A stretch of 64,000 nucleotides of DNA from an uncultured bacterium (GCA_963720265.1 CAVRET010000002.1:200704-264703); one strand, 5' to 3'. Counted from the first letter of the stretch, positions 1 to 10,633 are shown. The notes: generated by a model from the sequence alone, not told the origin. Made by a program: numbers and translations.

Positions 1-120
1 CGGGAACAGGCCCTCACCCATCAGCAGCTTAGCCGCCGCCTTCTCGCTCTCGGCCTGCACTTCGGCTTTTACAATCTCGCCTGTCTCGCTCCGATGAGCA
101 CTGTATACGAACGTTAGCAC
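1..120 (-). CDS. pilC: Partial N-terminus of a PilC/GspF-family pilus platform protein; the C-terminus runs off the window start.
   Basis: The minus strand has an open frame from a GTG at 120 to position 1. It translates as MLTFVYSAHRSETGEIVKAEVQAESEKAAAKLLMGEGLFP, which matches the GspF/PilC N-terminal pattern (F-Y-A-x-D/R-x-G...G-x-x-x-A-x-S). It lies downstream of pilT. Confidence 0.45.
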   Translation of the reverse strand, partial: MLTFVYSAHRSETGEIVKAEVQAESEKAAAKLLMGEGLFP

Positions 121-128
121 AGTGTCGC

Positions 129-1223
129 CTAACCTCTCATCAATCGATCAAGCTCTTGCAAATCGACCGCAAAATTTTTGGCTTCGTCATAGGAAATTTT
201 GCCCTGCTGGACGAGCGATACGAGCTGCCGGTCCATGCTCTGCATGCCATATTCGGCACCGGTCTGAATGGCCGCGTCAATCTGGTGGGTTTTGCCCTCA
301 CGAATGATATTGCGCACCGCACTGGTTACTACCAAAATCTCCGACGCCACCGTCCGACCGCCGCCGATCATCGGCACTAACCGCTGCGAGCAAATCGCCT
401 GCAGCATGCCCGCCAGCTGCACCCGGATCTGCTGCTGCTGGTGCGGAGGGAACACGTCAATCATACGGTCGATGCTCTGCGCCGCCGAGTTGGTATGCAA
501 GGTCGCGAGTACCAAGTGGCCGGTTTCAGCAATCGTCACAGCTGCCGCAATGGTTTCCAGATCGCGCATCTCACCGATCAGCACGACATCCGGGTCCTGA
601 CGCAAGCTCGACCGCAGCGCCGCCGCAAAGGAGTAGGTGTCATAGTGAATTTCGCGCTGTACCACAATGCTCTTCTTGCTCGAGTGCGCGTACTCAATGG
701 GATCCTCGATCGTAAGGATGTGAACAGCCTTTTCCGAATTAATCTTGTCCACCATGGCAGCGAGAGTGGTCGACTTGCCCGAACCAGTCGGCCCTGTCAC
801 GAGCACGAGGCCGCGTGGAAACTTGGTAAACTCAGTCATAACTTTCGGCATAGCCAGATCTTCCAACGTGCGAATCTTCGCCGGAATAAGCCGCAAAGCC
901 GCCGCCAAGTTACCGCGCTCGTGGAAAGCATTGACCCGGAATCGACCGTAATTGCCAAACGCAAACGAAAAGTCGACCTCTTTATCCTTAACCAAGATTT
1001 CCTTCTGGTCATCGTCCAGAATCGAGAATACCAACTTCTCTACATCGGCTGGCTCCAGCGGAAACCCATTGTCTATCGGCTGCAGCGCCCCATCAATACG
1101 CAACATTGGCGGCAGGCCTACCTGCAAGTGCAAGTCAGAACCATCCAGCCGGATTACTTCTTCCAGCATCAACTCAATTTTGAGTGCACTTCGCTCCACG
1201 TCACCTCTAACTATTGTCATCAT
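129..1223 (-). CDS. pilT: Twitching-motility ATPase PilT, the type IV pilus retraction ATPase.
   Basis: 364 aa. Walker A GPTGSGKSTT, Asp box, His box and the AIRNLIREGKTHQI motif are typical of PilT. Confidence 0.9.
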   Translation of the reverse strand: MMTIVRGDVERSALKIELMLEEVIRLDGSDLHLQVGLPPMLRIDGALQPIDNGFPLEPADVEKLVFSILDDDQKEILVKDKEVDFSFAFGNYGRFRVNAFHERGNLAAALRLIPAKIRTLEDLAMPKVMTEFTKFPRGLVLVTGPTGSGKSTTLAAMVDKINSEKAVHILTIEDPIEYAHSSKKSIVVQREIHYDTYSFAAALRSSLRQDPDVVLIGEMRDLETIAAAVTIAETGHLVLATLHTNSAAQSIDRMIDVFPPHQQQQIRVQLAGMLQAICSQRLVPMIGGGRTVASEILVVTSAVRNIIREGKTHQIDAAIQTGAEYGMQSMDRQLVSLVQQGKISYDEAKNFAVDLQELDRLMRG

Positions 1224-1378
1224 TAAAGCACAAGGGCTATGGGATTGTACACTCCCAGCAACCGGAGCCCTAGCATTGGCTTTTTTCTCCAGATAGTATA
1301 AGATAACCGTTACCTCGCGTGGACACGGGTATAGTCCACGTGCAGAAGTTCTCTGACCATTCCGACCCGGAGATCACT

Positions 1379-1984
1379 ATGATTCCATCCGCACTCAGGG
1401 TCCCCCCGCTATTCTTGGGACCAAGAGCCGTCCGAGAATATCTCGGCGTCGCAGGCGTGCTAATGCTCATCGGGCTTGTCACAATGTGTTTCCCGAAGAA
1501 CAGTACTCGTCCGAAAATCCGAGCAGGAAGAGCACTACTACCACACAAGCGCCTTATGCTTGGCGCCGCCAACCTAGCCGCGTTTACTCTTGCGGCCGCG
1601 TACCTGGACCGATGCGTCGCTGGCAACCAAACCGGAGGCGGGTGGCTGCTGGTGGTAGCCGTGTTCGTCGGCCTCGGCCTGACCTGTCTGACCATCAAGA
1701 CCCTAATTGTTGGTGCCAACTACTTTCACGGCAGGAGACAGCCGCTCTGGATCGGTGCCTTTGCCTGTGCTGCGGTGGTGGCCACGATGTTGGGCGACGT
1801 TGCCCAAGATTGCGGCTACTTCTCCCAGCCCCAAGTACTGCCGCTGGAGAATATTGGACATCTAGTTCAATATTGGAGTGCCTGGGTCGCTGTGCTGCTG
1901 CTTGGGGCACTCGTGCTCATGCCGATGGGTAGTTTCTTCATCACCCTCACGGGCAACAATGAAACGGCTTCCAACCACGGATAG
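1379..1984 (+). CDS. Hypothetical polytopic membrane protein (the track ORF starts at 1319; the internal ATG at 1379 is the likely start).
   Basis: About 5 hydrophobic segments. The ATG at 1379 is preceded by GGAGA 7 nt upstream. The track start codon falls inside an inverted repeat (1318-1340), so it is less plausible. Confidence 0.5.
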   Translation: MIPSALRVPPLFLGPRAVREYLGVAGVLMLIGLVTMCFPKNSTRPKIRAGRALLPHKRLMLGAANLAAFTLAAAYLDRCVAGNQTGGGWLLVVAVFVGLGLTCLTIKTLIVGANYFHGRRQPLWIGAFACAAVVATMLGDVAQDCGYFSQPQVLPLENIGHLVQYWSAWVAVLLLGALVLMPMGSFFITLTGNNETASNHG

Positions 1985-2022
1985 GCCCGGCCGCGGACAA
2001 GCGGCTAAAAGGAGGCGAGGAC

Positions 2023-2325
2023 ATGCCGCAGTTTCCGAAACATGATGACAGACTGAAGATCCTCGATCGCCTGCACACCCTCGGTACAACCGCGACCGGC
2101 AACGTGATGTCATCCATCGCACGCGACATTCGCACCCACCCCAATGGCGGTCCGAACTGGCTCAACCTCTGTCGGCGGTTGGATGACGAGGGTGTCGTAG
2201 AGGTAACGTGGAACACGCAGCGGAGAACCGACGTCAAGGGCATCGCGCTCACCCGAGCAGGCCTAGAGATTCTGCGGATCGAGGCCAACCACGTCTGCAC
2301 ACCGACCTGTATTCCGACGGAATGA
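2023..2325 (+). CDS. Hypothetical small protein, possibly a winged-helix regulator.
   Basis: Strong SD AAAGGAGG with a 7-nt spacer. 100 aa. Followed by a GC hairpin terminator. Confidence 0.45.
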   Translation: MPQFPKHDDRLKILDRLHTLGTTATGNVMSSIARDIRTHPNGGPNWLNLCRRLDDEGVVEVTWNTQRRTDVKGIALTRAGLEILRIEANHVCTPTCIPTE

Positions 2326-2336
2326 ACTTCCACACC

Positions 2337-2366
2337 CGGCCGGCCCCGTACGTGAGGGGCCGGCCG
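2337..2366. terminator. GC-rich hairpin (11-bp stem CGGCCGGCCCC / GGGGCCGGCCG) between the convergent 2023..2325 gene and pilB.
   Basis: The stem-loop can be read directly; an A/U-rich tract follows it on the + strand. Confidence 0.55.
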
Positions 2367-2378
2367 CGGATTTGAATT

Positions 2379-4151
2379 TTACGAGTCTGCTGCCACCCGC
2401 GCTACTTCTTCAAGCGTAGTCTCGCCGTTGAGGGCCTTAAAATAACCGTCTTGTTTCATCGTTAACATGCCGTCTTTGGTAGCCTGATCTTGCACCATGT
2501 TGGTCGTCGAGTGGCCTGAAAGCAATTGTTCCATATCCGGTGTCATGGCGAACACCTCGTAAATTCCAATCCGGCCGCGATATCCGCGCACGCAGCGCTT
2601 GCAGCCCACTGCCTTCCACAGTTTGTACGACGGATCCTCGGCCAGTGGCACGGTGTCATAACCCACATCTTTCTGCGCTTTCGTAGTCTCAGCCTTCGTT
2701 TTTGGCAATACCTGGCCCAACGTCTCGTGGATCGAATCAGTCTCAGCCTGGCTGGTAGTGTATTCTTCACGGCAGTTGTCGCACAGCTTACGCACCAGGC
2801 GTTGACCAATCACCGTATTGATCGTGCTTGCGATCAAAAACGGCTCAATCCCCATATCCAGCAGCCGCGGCAGCACGCCGGCCGCCGAATTAGTGTGAAT
2901 CGTCGTCAGCACCACGTGGCCGGTCAATGCTGCCTGCACCGCCAAATCCGCCGTCTCCTTGTCACGAATCTCCCCCACCAGCACCACATTGGGGTCCTGT
3001 CGCAAGATGCTGCGCAGCCCGTTGGCAAACGTTAGGCCCACATCACCATTAACCTGGATTTGGTTGATGCCGTCCATCTTATACTCAACCGGATCCTCCA
3101 GTGTCACGATGTTAATACTTACATCCTTCAGCTCTTGGACGATCGCATACAGCGTGGTCGACTTACCTGAGCCGGTTGGACCGGTCGAAAGCGTCATTCC
3201 ATGCGGCCTGTTAATACCTGCGGTGATCAACCGAAACGCCCTTCCCCGAAAGCCCAGAGCCTCCAAAGTGAGAATGCTCGAATCCTTGTCGAGCAACCGA
3301 ATCACCACTTGCTCACCCCACACTACCGGCGAAATCGCGATGCGCAAATCAATCTCGCGGCCGTTCGAACTAATCTGGAATTGCCCGTCCTGTGGAATTC
3401 GGTGTTCATCAATGCGTAAGTTGGACAAAATTTTTATACGCGAAATTAAGGCTGGTTCGATGCTCTTGGGCAACGTCATCGCTTCCTGCAAAATGCCATC
3501 AATCCGGTACCTAATCTTCAATTCTTTCTCACGCGGCTCAATGTGAATATCCGATGCCCGGCTCTGCGCCGCGTAGTCCAAAATCGCATTCAACGCCCGC
3601 GTGATCGGCGCGTCCTGGACCAGATTCTCCATGGCTTTGGCATTCTTCGCCTCAACCTTGGGATGATCATTAACATTCGCCACATCAATAGCTGATGCCA
3701 CATCCGCCGCCACATCGCTCCGAAACTGCCCCAGCACATGGTCGATCGATGCCCGCGACGCCAAATACACGGTGATCGTATGGCCCATTTTGCGGCTCAG
3801 GAAGTCCACGGCCTGGATATTGGTCGGGTCAAGCATCCCCACGGCCAACCGCCCCTGTTGCAGGCCAAACGGTATGGCCATATACGTTTCCGCCGTGTCC
3901 TTATCCAGCAACTCAGTCACTTCTGACCCCACTGTGAGGTTCGTCAGGTTGGCATATGGCACACCCATGGCCTTAGCCGACACACGAGTCAAATCCTCCT
4001 CGCTCACCAGGTTTTTTTCGGCAATGTAAGCAATAAGCGGCATCGACGACTTCAACGCCTCGGTCCGGGCTGTCTCCAGGGCGTCCGCGGTCATCAAGTT
4101 GCTTTCGAGCAACAACTCTTCAATTCGGTGCTGGCTCTCAACCGATAGCAT
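2379..4151 (-). CDS. pilB: Type IV pilus assembly ATPase PilB (GspE family).
   Basis: 590 aa. Has the N-terminal GSPII domain, Walker A GPTGSGKSTT, and the tetracysteine motif CDNC...CKRC. Confidence 0.92.
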   Translation of the reverse strand: MLSVESQHRIEELLLESNLMTADALETARTEALKSSMPLIAYIAEKNLVSEEDLTRVSAKAMGVPYANLTNLTVGSEVTELLDKDTAETYMAIPFGLQQGRLAVGMLDPTNIQAVDFLSRKMGHTITVYLASRASIDHVLGQFRSDVAADVASAIDVANVNDHPKVEAKNAKAMENLVQDAPITRALNAILDYAAQSRASDIHIEPREKELKIRYRIDGILQEAMTLPKSIEPALISRIKILSNLRIDEHRIPQDGQFQISSNGREIDLRIAISPVVWGEQVVIRLLDKDSSILTLEALGFRGRAFRLITAGINRPHGMTLSTGPTGSGKSTTLYAIVQELKDVSINIVTLEDPVEYKMDGINQIQVNGDVGLTFANGLRSILRQDPNVVLVGEIRDKETADLAVQAALTGHVVLTTIHTNSAAGVLPRLLDMGIEPFLIASTINTVIGQRLVRKLCDNCREEYTTSQAETDSIHETLGQVLPKTKAETTKAQKDVGYDTVPLAEDPSYKLWKAVGCKRCVRGYRGRIGIYEVFAMTPDMEQLLSGHSTTNMVQDQATKDGMLTMKQDGYFKALNGETTLEEVARVAADS

Positions 4152-4177
4152 CTACCCCACCACCTCTCTCGAGCTCT

Positions 4178-4441
4178 CTACGGCCCAAATGGAGTGTTAT
4201 TCCCAAGCCCAGTCAAATCAACTGGCGGGCTATAATCAAACACCTGGTTCGTATCGCTCAATTGGGTCACCGCGTCTTGGTCAAACTGGGCTGGAATTAC
4301 GCCAATTTTTTCAACCGTGACGGTTGAGGTCTTCGCGCCGCTGGTTTTCTTTGGCGCCAGCACTTCAATGTAAGCCACATAACCAGTAACAAGCAATATC
4401 GCCACCGCGGCCACGAGCATTATCACATCTTTTTTCTTCAT
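4178..4441 (-). CDS. Small single-pass membrane protein translationally coupled to pilO; possibly a PilP-like accessory protein.
   Basis: Its ATG at 4441 overlaps the pilO stop (ATGA-type overlap). It has an N-terminal transmembrane helix. Confidence 0.4.
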   Translation of the reverse strand: MKKKDVIMLVAAVAILLVTGYVAYIEVLAPKKTSGAKTSTVTVEKIGVIPAQFDQDAVTQLSDTNQVFDYSPPVDLTGLGNNTPFGP

Positions 4442-5145
4442 TTGATCGTCTCCGTCCCAAACGGCCATTGGGCCGCCGCCTGGTAGTAGGTCTCAATATT
4501 AACCACGCCGCTTAAGGATGGGCCACCGCCGGTAATCTGAATTCCCACAACCCGCATCGGCCGCGCCGAAAGCTCAACCTCGCCAAGAAGCTTTTGCAGG
4601 CTCGTGTAGGTGCCGGTAAAGTCCATCGCGAACTGATATGTCTGCGGCGTTGGCGGCATATCGGCACCGGGAGTACCACTAACCGGCGTCCCCGCTGACA
4701 CACTGGTTGTCGCCGGCGAGGTCGATGTGGCCGAAGTTGACGTAGAGGTAGTGCCGGACGCCACACTATCCGGATTGACCGTCGGCGTTACCGACTTAAC
4801 CGTCACGCCTGCGCTATTCCCCATGCTCTCAAGCGCTACGATCAGGCTTGGCAGGTCAGGCGTTACAGGCAACGCATCGGAAAGCACGGTTCCCTGCTTG
4901 CCAAGTACTAAGTAGGCATCAACAAGTTTGGGGGCGTTGCTCACATCAGTGCTAAGCTGGTTCACGGCCGCAGATTTTGCTTTTACCACATTGCTGTCAC
5001 GCAGGATCGAGGTAATCAAGAGTCTGCCTACTAGGCCGGTAATACCTACAACCAGAAGGGAAACGAGGACAAACACAATAACAAAATTGTTACCGGAAAG
5101 TTGTGTGCCAGTATTTTTATTGGTTGCCATTACTGACCACTCCAC
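4438..5145 (-). CDS. pilO: PilO-like pilus assembly protein.
   Basis: N-terminal transmembrane helix, a coiled-coil region, a Ser/Thr-rich linker, and its position after pilN. Confidence 0.6.
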   Translation of the reverse strand: MEWSVMATNKNTGTQLSGNNFVIVFVLVSLLVVGITGLVGRLLITSILRDSNVVKAKSAAVNQLSTDVSNAPKLVDAYLVLGKQGTVLSDALPVTPDLPSLIVALESMGNSAGVTVKSVTPTVNPDSVASGTTSTSTSATSTSPATTSVSAGTPVSGTPGADMPPTPQTYQFAMDFTGTYTSLQKLLGEVELSARPMRVVGIQITGGGPSLSGVVNIETYYQAAAQWPFGTETIK

Positions 5146-5710
5146 TGCTCAATATTGCTGATAGGGTAAAGGTTACGCCCTGTCCCGGTGTGTAATCCAA
5201 CTGTCCGATCTGCACGTTTGAAAAGTACGGCATATTGGTCGGAGATGCCCCCGTACCGACCGTCACATTCGAATCTGCCAAGGCTCTAGCCAATTTTGCC
5301 ACTGCCGCATATGTCTGCCCGGTTCCTTCAATCGTCAGGTTGTTCTGGGCGTCAACTTGCAGCGAGTTCAGCGTGACCGCGGTTGGATCCGACGCGCTGT
5401 AGGCCTGCAGAAACTTGGTTATATATACCCGCTGGCCATACAGCGACGGCAACGATGCCAGGTGCTCCTCAGCGGTATAAGCGCTCAGCAAATTCGGCAC
5501 TGCCCTGAGTGTTTGCTCCTTTTGGTTAATCGTGTTCGAATCACGGCTAATAATGATCTTTTGCCCACCTTCATAGATCGACAGCAAGACGAGCAAACCA
5601 CCACAGACCACCCAAATTGAAACCGACACGCCGGTTACCAGCTGACGCCTTCGCCCTTCGCGCAACTTCGCCTGTCGAATATCCGGCAAAAGGTTGATCA
5701 GAATACTCAT
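5117..5710 (-). CDS. pilN: PilN pilus assembly protein.
   Basis: N-terminal INLLP motif followed by a single transmembrane helix, which is the hallmark of PilN. Confidence 0.75.
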   Translation of the reverse strand: MSILINLLPDIRQAKLREGRRRQLVTGVSVSIWVVCGGLLVLLSIYEGGQKIIISRDSNTINQKEQTLRAVPNLLSAYTAEEHLASLPSLYGQRVYITKFLQAYSASDPTAVTLNSLQVDAQNNLTIEGTGQTYAAVAKLARALADSNVTVGTGASPTNMPYFSNVQIGQLDYTPGQGVTFTLSAILSSGVVSNGNQ

Positions 5711-6855
5711 TACATGCTCCCCCGGCCGGCTAATCCGACTGCCGCAGCGTAACCGCTCGACAATCCCAATAGCTTCTCTTGCAATGCCGCCGGGTACGAG
5801 ACGTTGATCCAGGCATTACCAAATTCCACCGGCAAGCCTGTCGAATTAGCCAAAAACGGCCCCAGCTCAGGCAAGCTCGAGGTATCACCGGTCACCACCA
5901 ATTTCTCGAGCTTAACGTCCGGATAGCGACCGTTGAAGTATTTGGCCGACCGTTCCACCTCACTCACGAGATTCTCCAGTACCGGCTTGATCGCCTTAAA
6001 CACCTGGCCCTCCAACTTTGACTGGGTAAGCCCAAATTTGTAGGTAAACTGCGTCGCTTGCACTTCATCAAGGCCCAATTTTTGCGCCACTGCCCGCACC
6101 AGCGTCATACCTCCCACCGCCACCGACCGGATCAGCCGCGGCGAACTGTTCCACACAATCGAGACATCAGTATCAAGCGAGCCAAAGTCCACAATCACCA
6201 CCGCCAGTGCACTCGGTGGCACCAACGCCCGTGCCACTGCCGTCGAGTTGGCCTCCAGGGCCAAGGGCTCCAGCCCGGCGTGCTCAACAATCTCAACGTA
6301 CTTATCCACCACCGAATTCGGGGCCGCCGCCAGCAACACTTCAAGCTGTTGGCCGTCCTTACTCTGGTCTATCACGGCCCAATCTAATTTGACCTGGTCA
6401 AGTTGCATTGGAATATATTGCTCAGCTTGGTACCGGATCGCTTTTGCCAGCTGCACATTGTCCAGCTTCGGGGTCGTAATCACCGTTGCGAACAGCTTGC
6501 TCGCCGGCAAACCCACCACCACATCCTTAGCCGTAATCCGGTTCTCGCGGACTAACTGGCGAACCAGCTCCGACACTTTCTCCTGATCCATTTTCGAATC
6601 GCTCAAACTAAGATTTGTCGGTAACGGCAAGGCTCCATAGGCAACCAACGGGGGATGCGTCCCACCTCTCCGTAGCTGGACCAATCGAATCGCTGTAGAC
6701 CCGATATCAAGACCAAAAAACTCAGTGTCTTTTACAAACAGTCCCATTGGTGCTAGCTTACCATAACCATTTTGACAGTGAAATACCCCACTAAAACAAC
6801 GGCGGCCGTTCCCCTTGTCCCTCAAGCGACGACCCGTTATCGCTGGCCTCATCAA
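5710..6855 (-). CDS. pilM: PilM, an actin-like pilus assembly ATPase (the likely start is the internal Met near 6747).
   Basis: FFGLDIGSTAIRLVQL actin-fold phosphate-1 motif. The overlap with the upstream ORF argues for the internal start. Confidence 0.8.
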   Translation of the reverse strand: MMRPAITGRRLRDKGNGRRCFSGVFHCQNGYGKLAPMGLFVKDTEFFGLDIGSTAIRLVQLRRGGTHPPLVAYGALPLPTNLSLSDSKMDQEKVSELVRQLVRENRITAKDVVVGLPASKLFATVITTPKLDNVQLAKAIRYQAEQYIPMQLDQVKLDWAVIDQSKDGQQLEVLLAAAPNSVVDKYVEIVEHAGLEPLALEANSTAVARALVPPSALAVVIVDFGSLDTDVSIVWNSSPRLIRSVAVGGMTLVRAVAQKLGLDEVQATQFTYKFGLTQSKLEGQVFKAIKPVLENLVSEVERSAKYFNGRYPDVKLEKLVVTGDTSSLPELGPFLANSTGLPVEFGNAWINVSYPAALQEKLLGLSSGYAAAVGLAGRGSM

Positions 6856-9436
6856 AGAATTGTGGCGGGTTGAGGTAAAGCTCTGGGTTAAGGGTAATTT
6901 GCTCAGCGACTTGCTGGCCGGCTGATCCCGGCCCCAGCCGGCTAAACAAGATGTTTTGCGCCATCAAGAAGCCGTTCACATCGAGCACCGGACTCGTCAC
7001 ACCGCATGGCGAATCCGGAGACGCAGCCAGTCCGCAGGTATTAATCGTTCCATCGGCAAACAAATAGGCGTCTACCTGGGTGACCGAACTAAGAATGTCA
7101 ATATTGCCGCCCGCAATCACACCCAGCGACGGAATTGTACAACTGGAAACAGTCGAGCAATTACCGCCATTGACCGTGTTGTCTATTGCCAACGTACCAT
7201 TCACCACCACTCTGGCCGACGGCACCACGAGCGTAATCTTGTTGCTAATCGTGCCGGAGATATCCAGCTCACCCCCACCCTGGAAGTAGTACAGCCCGCT
7301 CTTGCCCGTAGCGCTCCAAGTCGTTGGTGATGCACTTACACCAATTGTCTGGATACCGCCACCACCACTAGCATAGTAATCATTCGCAACCGTCAATAGA
7401 TCTGGACGACAGACTGACGCATAGCCACCGTTACTCCCAATCTTGAGGTCGTCAGCACCACCGCTATTACTGGCGAAGTTCTGGATCGTACCCGACGCCG
7501 ACAGCACGTACTCGTCTTCTGAGGCCGCAAAGCCGCTGCCCGTGATACTGCCCGTCGACAGGGCCTGGCCACATAGTCCCCCGCCCGCGTGCACATCGCC
7601 GTTCTGGCCAACAATTGCCGGAAAGCTTTTTGAGCTTTTAACCGTATAACATACTTGGTTAGTGCCATTGGCCGGACCTGGATTGGCCCCTGTTACTGGA
7701 GCTATCGTGTCGCTAAAGCAAAACACGGTACCGTCAGCAACAGTCGACGCTATGGTATACCCAAAAACGACTTTGGGCACAACGCTCCCCCCATCTATGG
7801 TCGTATTAGCCGGTATCGACTGATTGAGATTCCCCTGCGGCGTCGCATCCGGTGTAATATCCGTGGCAACGCACGCCGCCCCATTTTCCGTACAGGTTGG
7901 CACCGTAGTTGCTACCGGGCCGTTGCTAGGACCAGAGTTCGAACCGTCAACATTGAACTCTACATGCAGGTCAGCCGGCTGCGAAACATCCAATTGCTGT
8001 CCGGCAGTCTTGCCGTCCGCTATATCAATATTCGATGAGTAATTGTAGCCGCAAGTTATAGCATAGTTAATCGAGTCATACGGTATCCACATTTGTATGT
8101 TGTGAGCGTTAGTCGGAGGATCTTGTCCCGCTGTCCCCTCAAAATAAGCGTCAACATTGTGCCAAATCCATTGATACTTATAGCCTGGTTGAGCCGTGAA
8201 ATTCACCTCACGATAGTCCTGGAATCCGCCGATATTATTCACCGCGCCAACGCCGTTCGCATTAGTGCCTGTGGCAGGAAGAGGGTTGCCGGGCAGATTT
8301 TGCTGACCAAATCCCGTAGAACCTCCGGGCATCGTCTCAACCAGGGAGCGTACCCCCGTCGGAGAAACACCGAATAGCTGAAAACTATTGGCAATGTCCG
8401 AGCCCGACGGGCTCCACGGATTGGCAGTCGGGTATGCAGTGTTTGCATTACCGTCATGGCCCGGATTATTGGTGACATCGGAACTGTCACCGTTTTTCCA
8501 GCGAATAGTCGCGGTCTCAGGCGAGGTTAGGGTGCATGGAGGCGCAAAATCAGTCTCAACGTTTTGAATGTCATAGTCTACACCCGTGCCAATGTCGTGC
8601 ATGGTAAACGAACCGAAGGTTGGGTATGTACCGGTACCGGTGACACCATTTTGAGCCCAGTAACCCACATTGTCCTGGGCCTGCGGGGTTTGCACGAGAT
8701 ACGCGTGCAAACGGGTCGTCCCAAACGCGGGCGGCGGCGGAACCAGGGGATTCTGACAGTCGGCAGTTAGTGCGGAAGGACAATTCCCCCATCTGGCTCT
8801 CATCAAAACAACGTAGTAATTGGTACGTGCTGATAACGCTGTCCCAGCCAGAGGCAGATTGATGTTACCGGTCCAAGTACCAGATCCAACGCCCGTGGCA
8901 CGGGTAATGGCAGGATTGTTAAAATCTTTCCCCGTCTGGCCGTCAATCGTATAAATCAACGAGGTGGGATTTTCGTTCGCATCGGTGTTGTAGAAGTCAT
9001 ACAGCACCTGATCGTTGGTATCGTCCGGAATACCGGGGAACGGACATGAGCCTCCGTGCTCGACCATACTCCAGTCGCCGCCTGCGACATACTGGTCACA
9101 CTCAAAGGGCATGTTAAAAAGTTTCAAGATTCCAAGCCCGGCATCGGCAGGGGAAAAATAGAGCTTCACCCACGTCACAGGTGATTCAATTAGCGTCTTG
9201 GGGCTAGTGCTTTCCGTGATAGCCAGACTCTCCTGGTCACTGTTGCCAGGTCCGCCGAAAGTACCGGGCTGGCCGGCCGGTGACGGAAGCTGGGTTGCAC
9301 CCGCCGCCAGTACCTTCTTGGGCGTACCCAAAATATCCAGGCCTCCCGAAACCGCGCCAACCACGACTAACAATGCCATGGCAACAAAAGCTGCCTTGTG
9401 CCGGTCTCTCCATCTCGGTTGCTCTACTCGGGGCAT
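6791..9436 (-). CDS. Large (881 aa) N-terminally anchored secreted or surface protein, rich in Gly/Thr/Asn; first gene of the pilM-N-O operon.
   Basis: It has a transmembrane/signal segment, low-complexity beta-rich composition, and sits where a secretin or adhesin would be expected; it does not resemble PilQ. Confidence 0.5.
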   Translation of the reverse strand: MPRVEQPRWRDRHKAAFVAMALLVVVGAVSGGLDILGTPKKVLAAGATQLPSPAGQPGTFGGPGNSDQESLAITESTSPKTLIESPVTWVKLYFSPADAGLGILKLFNMPFECDQYVAGGDWSMVEHGGSCPFPGIPDDTNDQVLYDFYNTDANENPTSLIYTIDGQTGKDFNNPAITRATGVGSGTWTGNINLPLAGTALSARTNYYVVLMRARWGNCPSALTADCQNPLVPPPPAFGTTRLHAYLVQTPQAQDNVGYWAQNGVTGTGTYPTFGSFTMHDIGTGVDYDIQNVETDFAPPCTLTSPETATIRWKNGDSSDVTNNPGHDGNANTAYPTANPWSPSGSDIANSFQLFGVSPTGVRSLVETMPGGSTGFGQQNLPGNPLPATGTNANGVGAVNNIGGFQDYREVNFTAQPGYKYQWIWHNVDAYFEGTAGQDPPTNAHNIQMWIPYDSINYAITCGYNYSSNIDIADGKTAGQQLDVSQPADLHVEFNVDGSNSGPSNGPVATTVPTCTENGAACVATDITPDATPQGNLNQSIPANTTIDGGSVVPKVVFGYTIASTVADGTVFCFSDTIAPVTGANPGPANGTNQVCYTVKSSKSFPAIVGQNGDVHAGGGLCGQALSTGSITGSGFAASEDEYVLSASGTIQNFASNSGGADDLKIGSNGGYASVCRPDLLTVANDYYASGGGGIQTIGVSASPTTWSATGKSGLYYFQGGGELDISGTISNKITLVVPSARVVVNGTLAIDNTVNGGNCSTVSSCTIPSLGVIAGGNIDILSSVTQVDAYLFADGTINTCGLAASPDSPCGVTSPVLDVNGFLMAQNILFSRLGPGSAGQQVAEQITLNPELYLNPPQFFDEASDNGSSLEGQGERPPLF

Positions 9437-9550
9437 TTACATCAACTTCCGCTAGAACTAACGATAAAGTACTTACGCTTGGTGCACAAGCTTGCCCTAG
9501 CCCAAACCCCTCGTCCGCGCTAAAATATTTCGGATAACCTGGATTCCACT

Positions 9551-10627
9551 ATGCTCTCTCTCGCCATCGTCGGCCTACCCAATGTCGGCAAATCAACCCT
9601 CTTCAACGCCCTCACCAAAAACGACGTGCTGGCAGCAAACTATCCGTTCGCAACGATCGAGCCCAACACCGGCATCGTACCTCTCCCCGATCCACGCCTC
9701 GCCAAATTATCCGTGCTCTATAACGGCGCCCCTATCGTCCCGGCGCCGGTCATGTTCGTGGATGTAGCCGGACTTGTGCGCGGGGCCAGCACCGGCCAAG
9801 GCTTGGGCAACAAGTTCCTCGCCCACATCCGCGAGAGCCAGGCCATTGTGCAGGTCGTGCGCGTATTTGACGACCCCAACGTTGTCCATGTCGACGGCGC
9901 GCCCGAGCCCCTGCGCGACCTCGAAACCATTAACGCCGAGCTCATTTTGGCCGACCTTGCCACCATCGACCGCCGGCTCGAACACCTGAGCAGCGAGCTC
10001 AAGCGCGATCCCAAACTCCGCCCTTTACACGATCTGCTGGACGACACCCGCGACCGATTAAACGGTGGCGCATTAGCAGGGTCATTCCTCACCGAGGACG
10101 ACCGCAATCAGCTTGCTGAGCTCCAACTTCTCACGGCCAAACCGTTCATCATCGTATATAACCTTGATGAGAGCCAGCTCGAGAATACGTCCCTCAAGCA
10201 ACAACTCGAAGACCTTGTGGCACCGGCGCCGGCTATCTTTCTTTGCGCAAAGGTTGAGGCCGAGCTAGTTGACTTAGACGAAGCCGAGGCGCATGAACTC
10301 CTCGCCTCGCTCGGTCAAACTCAGTCCGGCCTCGACCAGCTAGCACAAGCCGGCTTTCACGCTCTCGGCCTCCAAACCTTCCTCACCGCAGGCCAAAAAG
10401 AAGTCCGTGCCTGGACTATTCCGCAAGGCGCCACCGCCCCCGAAGCTGCCGGTGTTATTCACACTGACTTTCAAAAAGGCTTTATCAAAGCTGAAATCGT
10501 TTCTTATAACGACCTCGTTGCCACCGGCTCCTTGCCGGCCGCCAGGGCCGCAGGCAAAGCCCGCCTGGAAGGCAAAGATTACATCATGCAAGACGGCGAC
10601 GTCGCCGAGTTCCGCTTTAACAACTAA
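9551..10627 (+). CDS. ychF: Ribosome-binding ATPase YchF/Ola1.
   Basis: G1 motif GLPNVGKST, a TGS domain at the C-terminus, 358 aa. Confidence 0.92.
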   Translation: MLSLAIVGLPNVGKSTLFNALTKNDVLAANYPFATIEPNTGIVPLPDPRLAKLSVLYNGAPIVPAPVMFVDVAGLVRGASTGQGLGNKFLAHIRESQAIVQVVRVFDDPNVVHVDGAPEPLRDLETINAELILADLATIDRRLEHLSSELKRDPKLRPLHDLLDDTRDRLNGGALAGSFLTEDDRNQLAELQLLTAKPFIIVYNLDESQLENTSLKQQLEDLVAPAPAIFLCAKVEAELVDLDEAEAHELLASLGQTQSGLDQLAQAGFHALGLQTFLTAGQKEVRAWTIPQGATAPEAAGVIHTDFQKGFIKAEIVSYNDLVATGSLPAARAAGKARLEGKDYIMQDGDVAEFRFNN

Positions 10628-10633
10628 ATGAAC

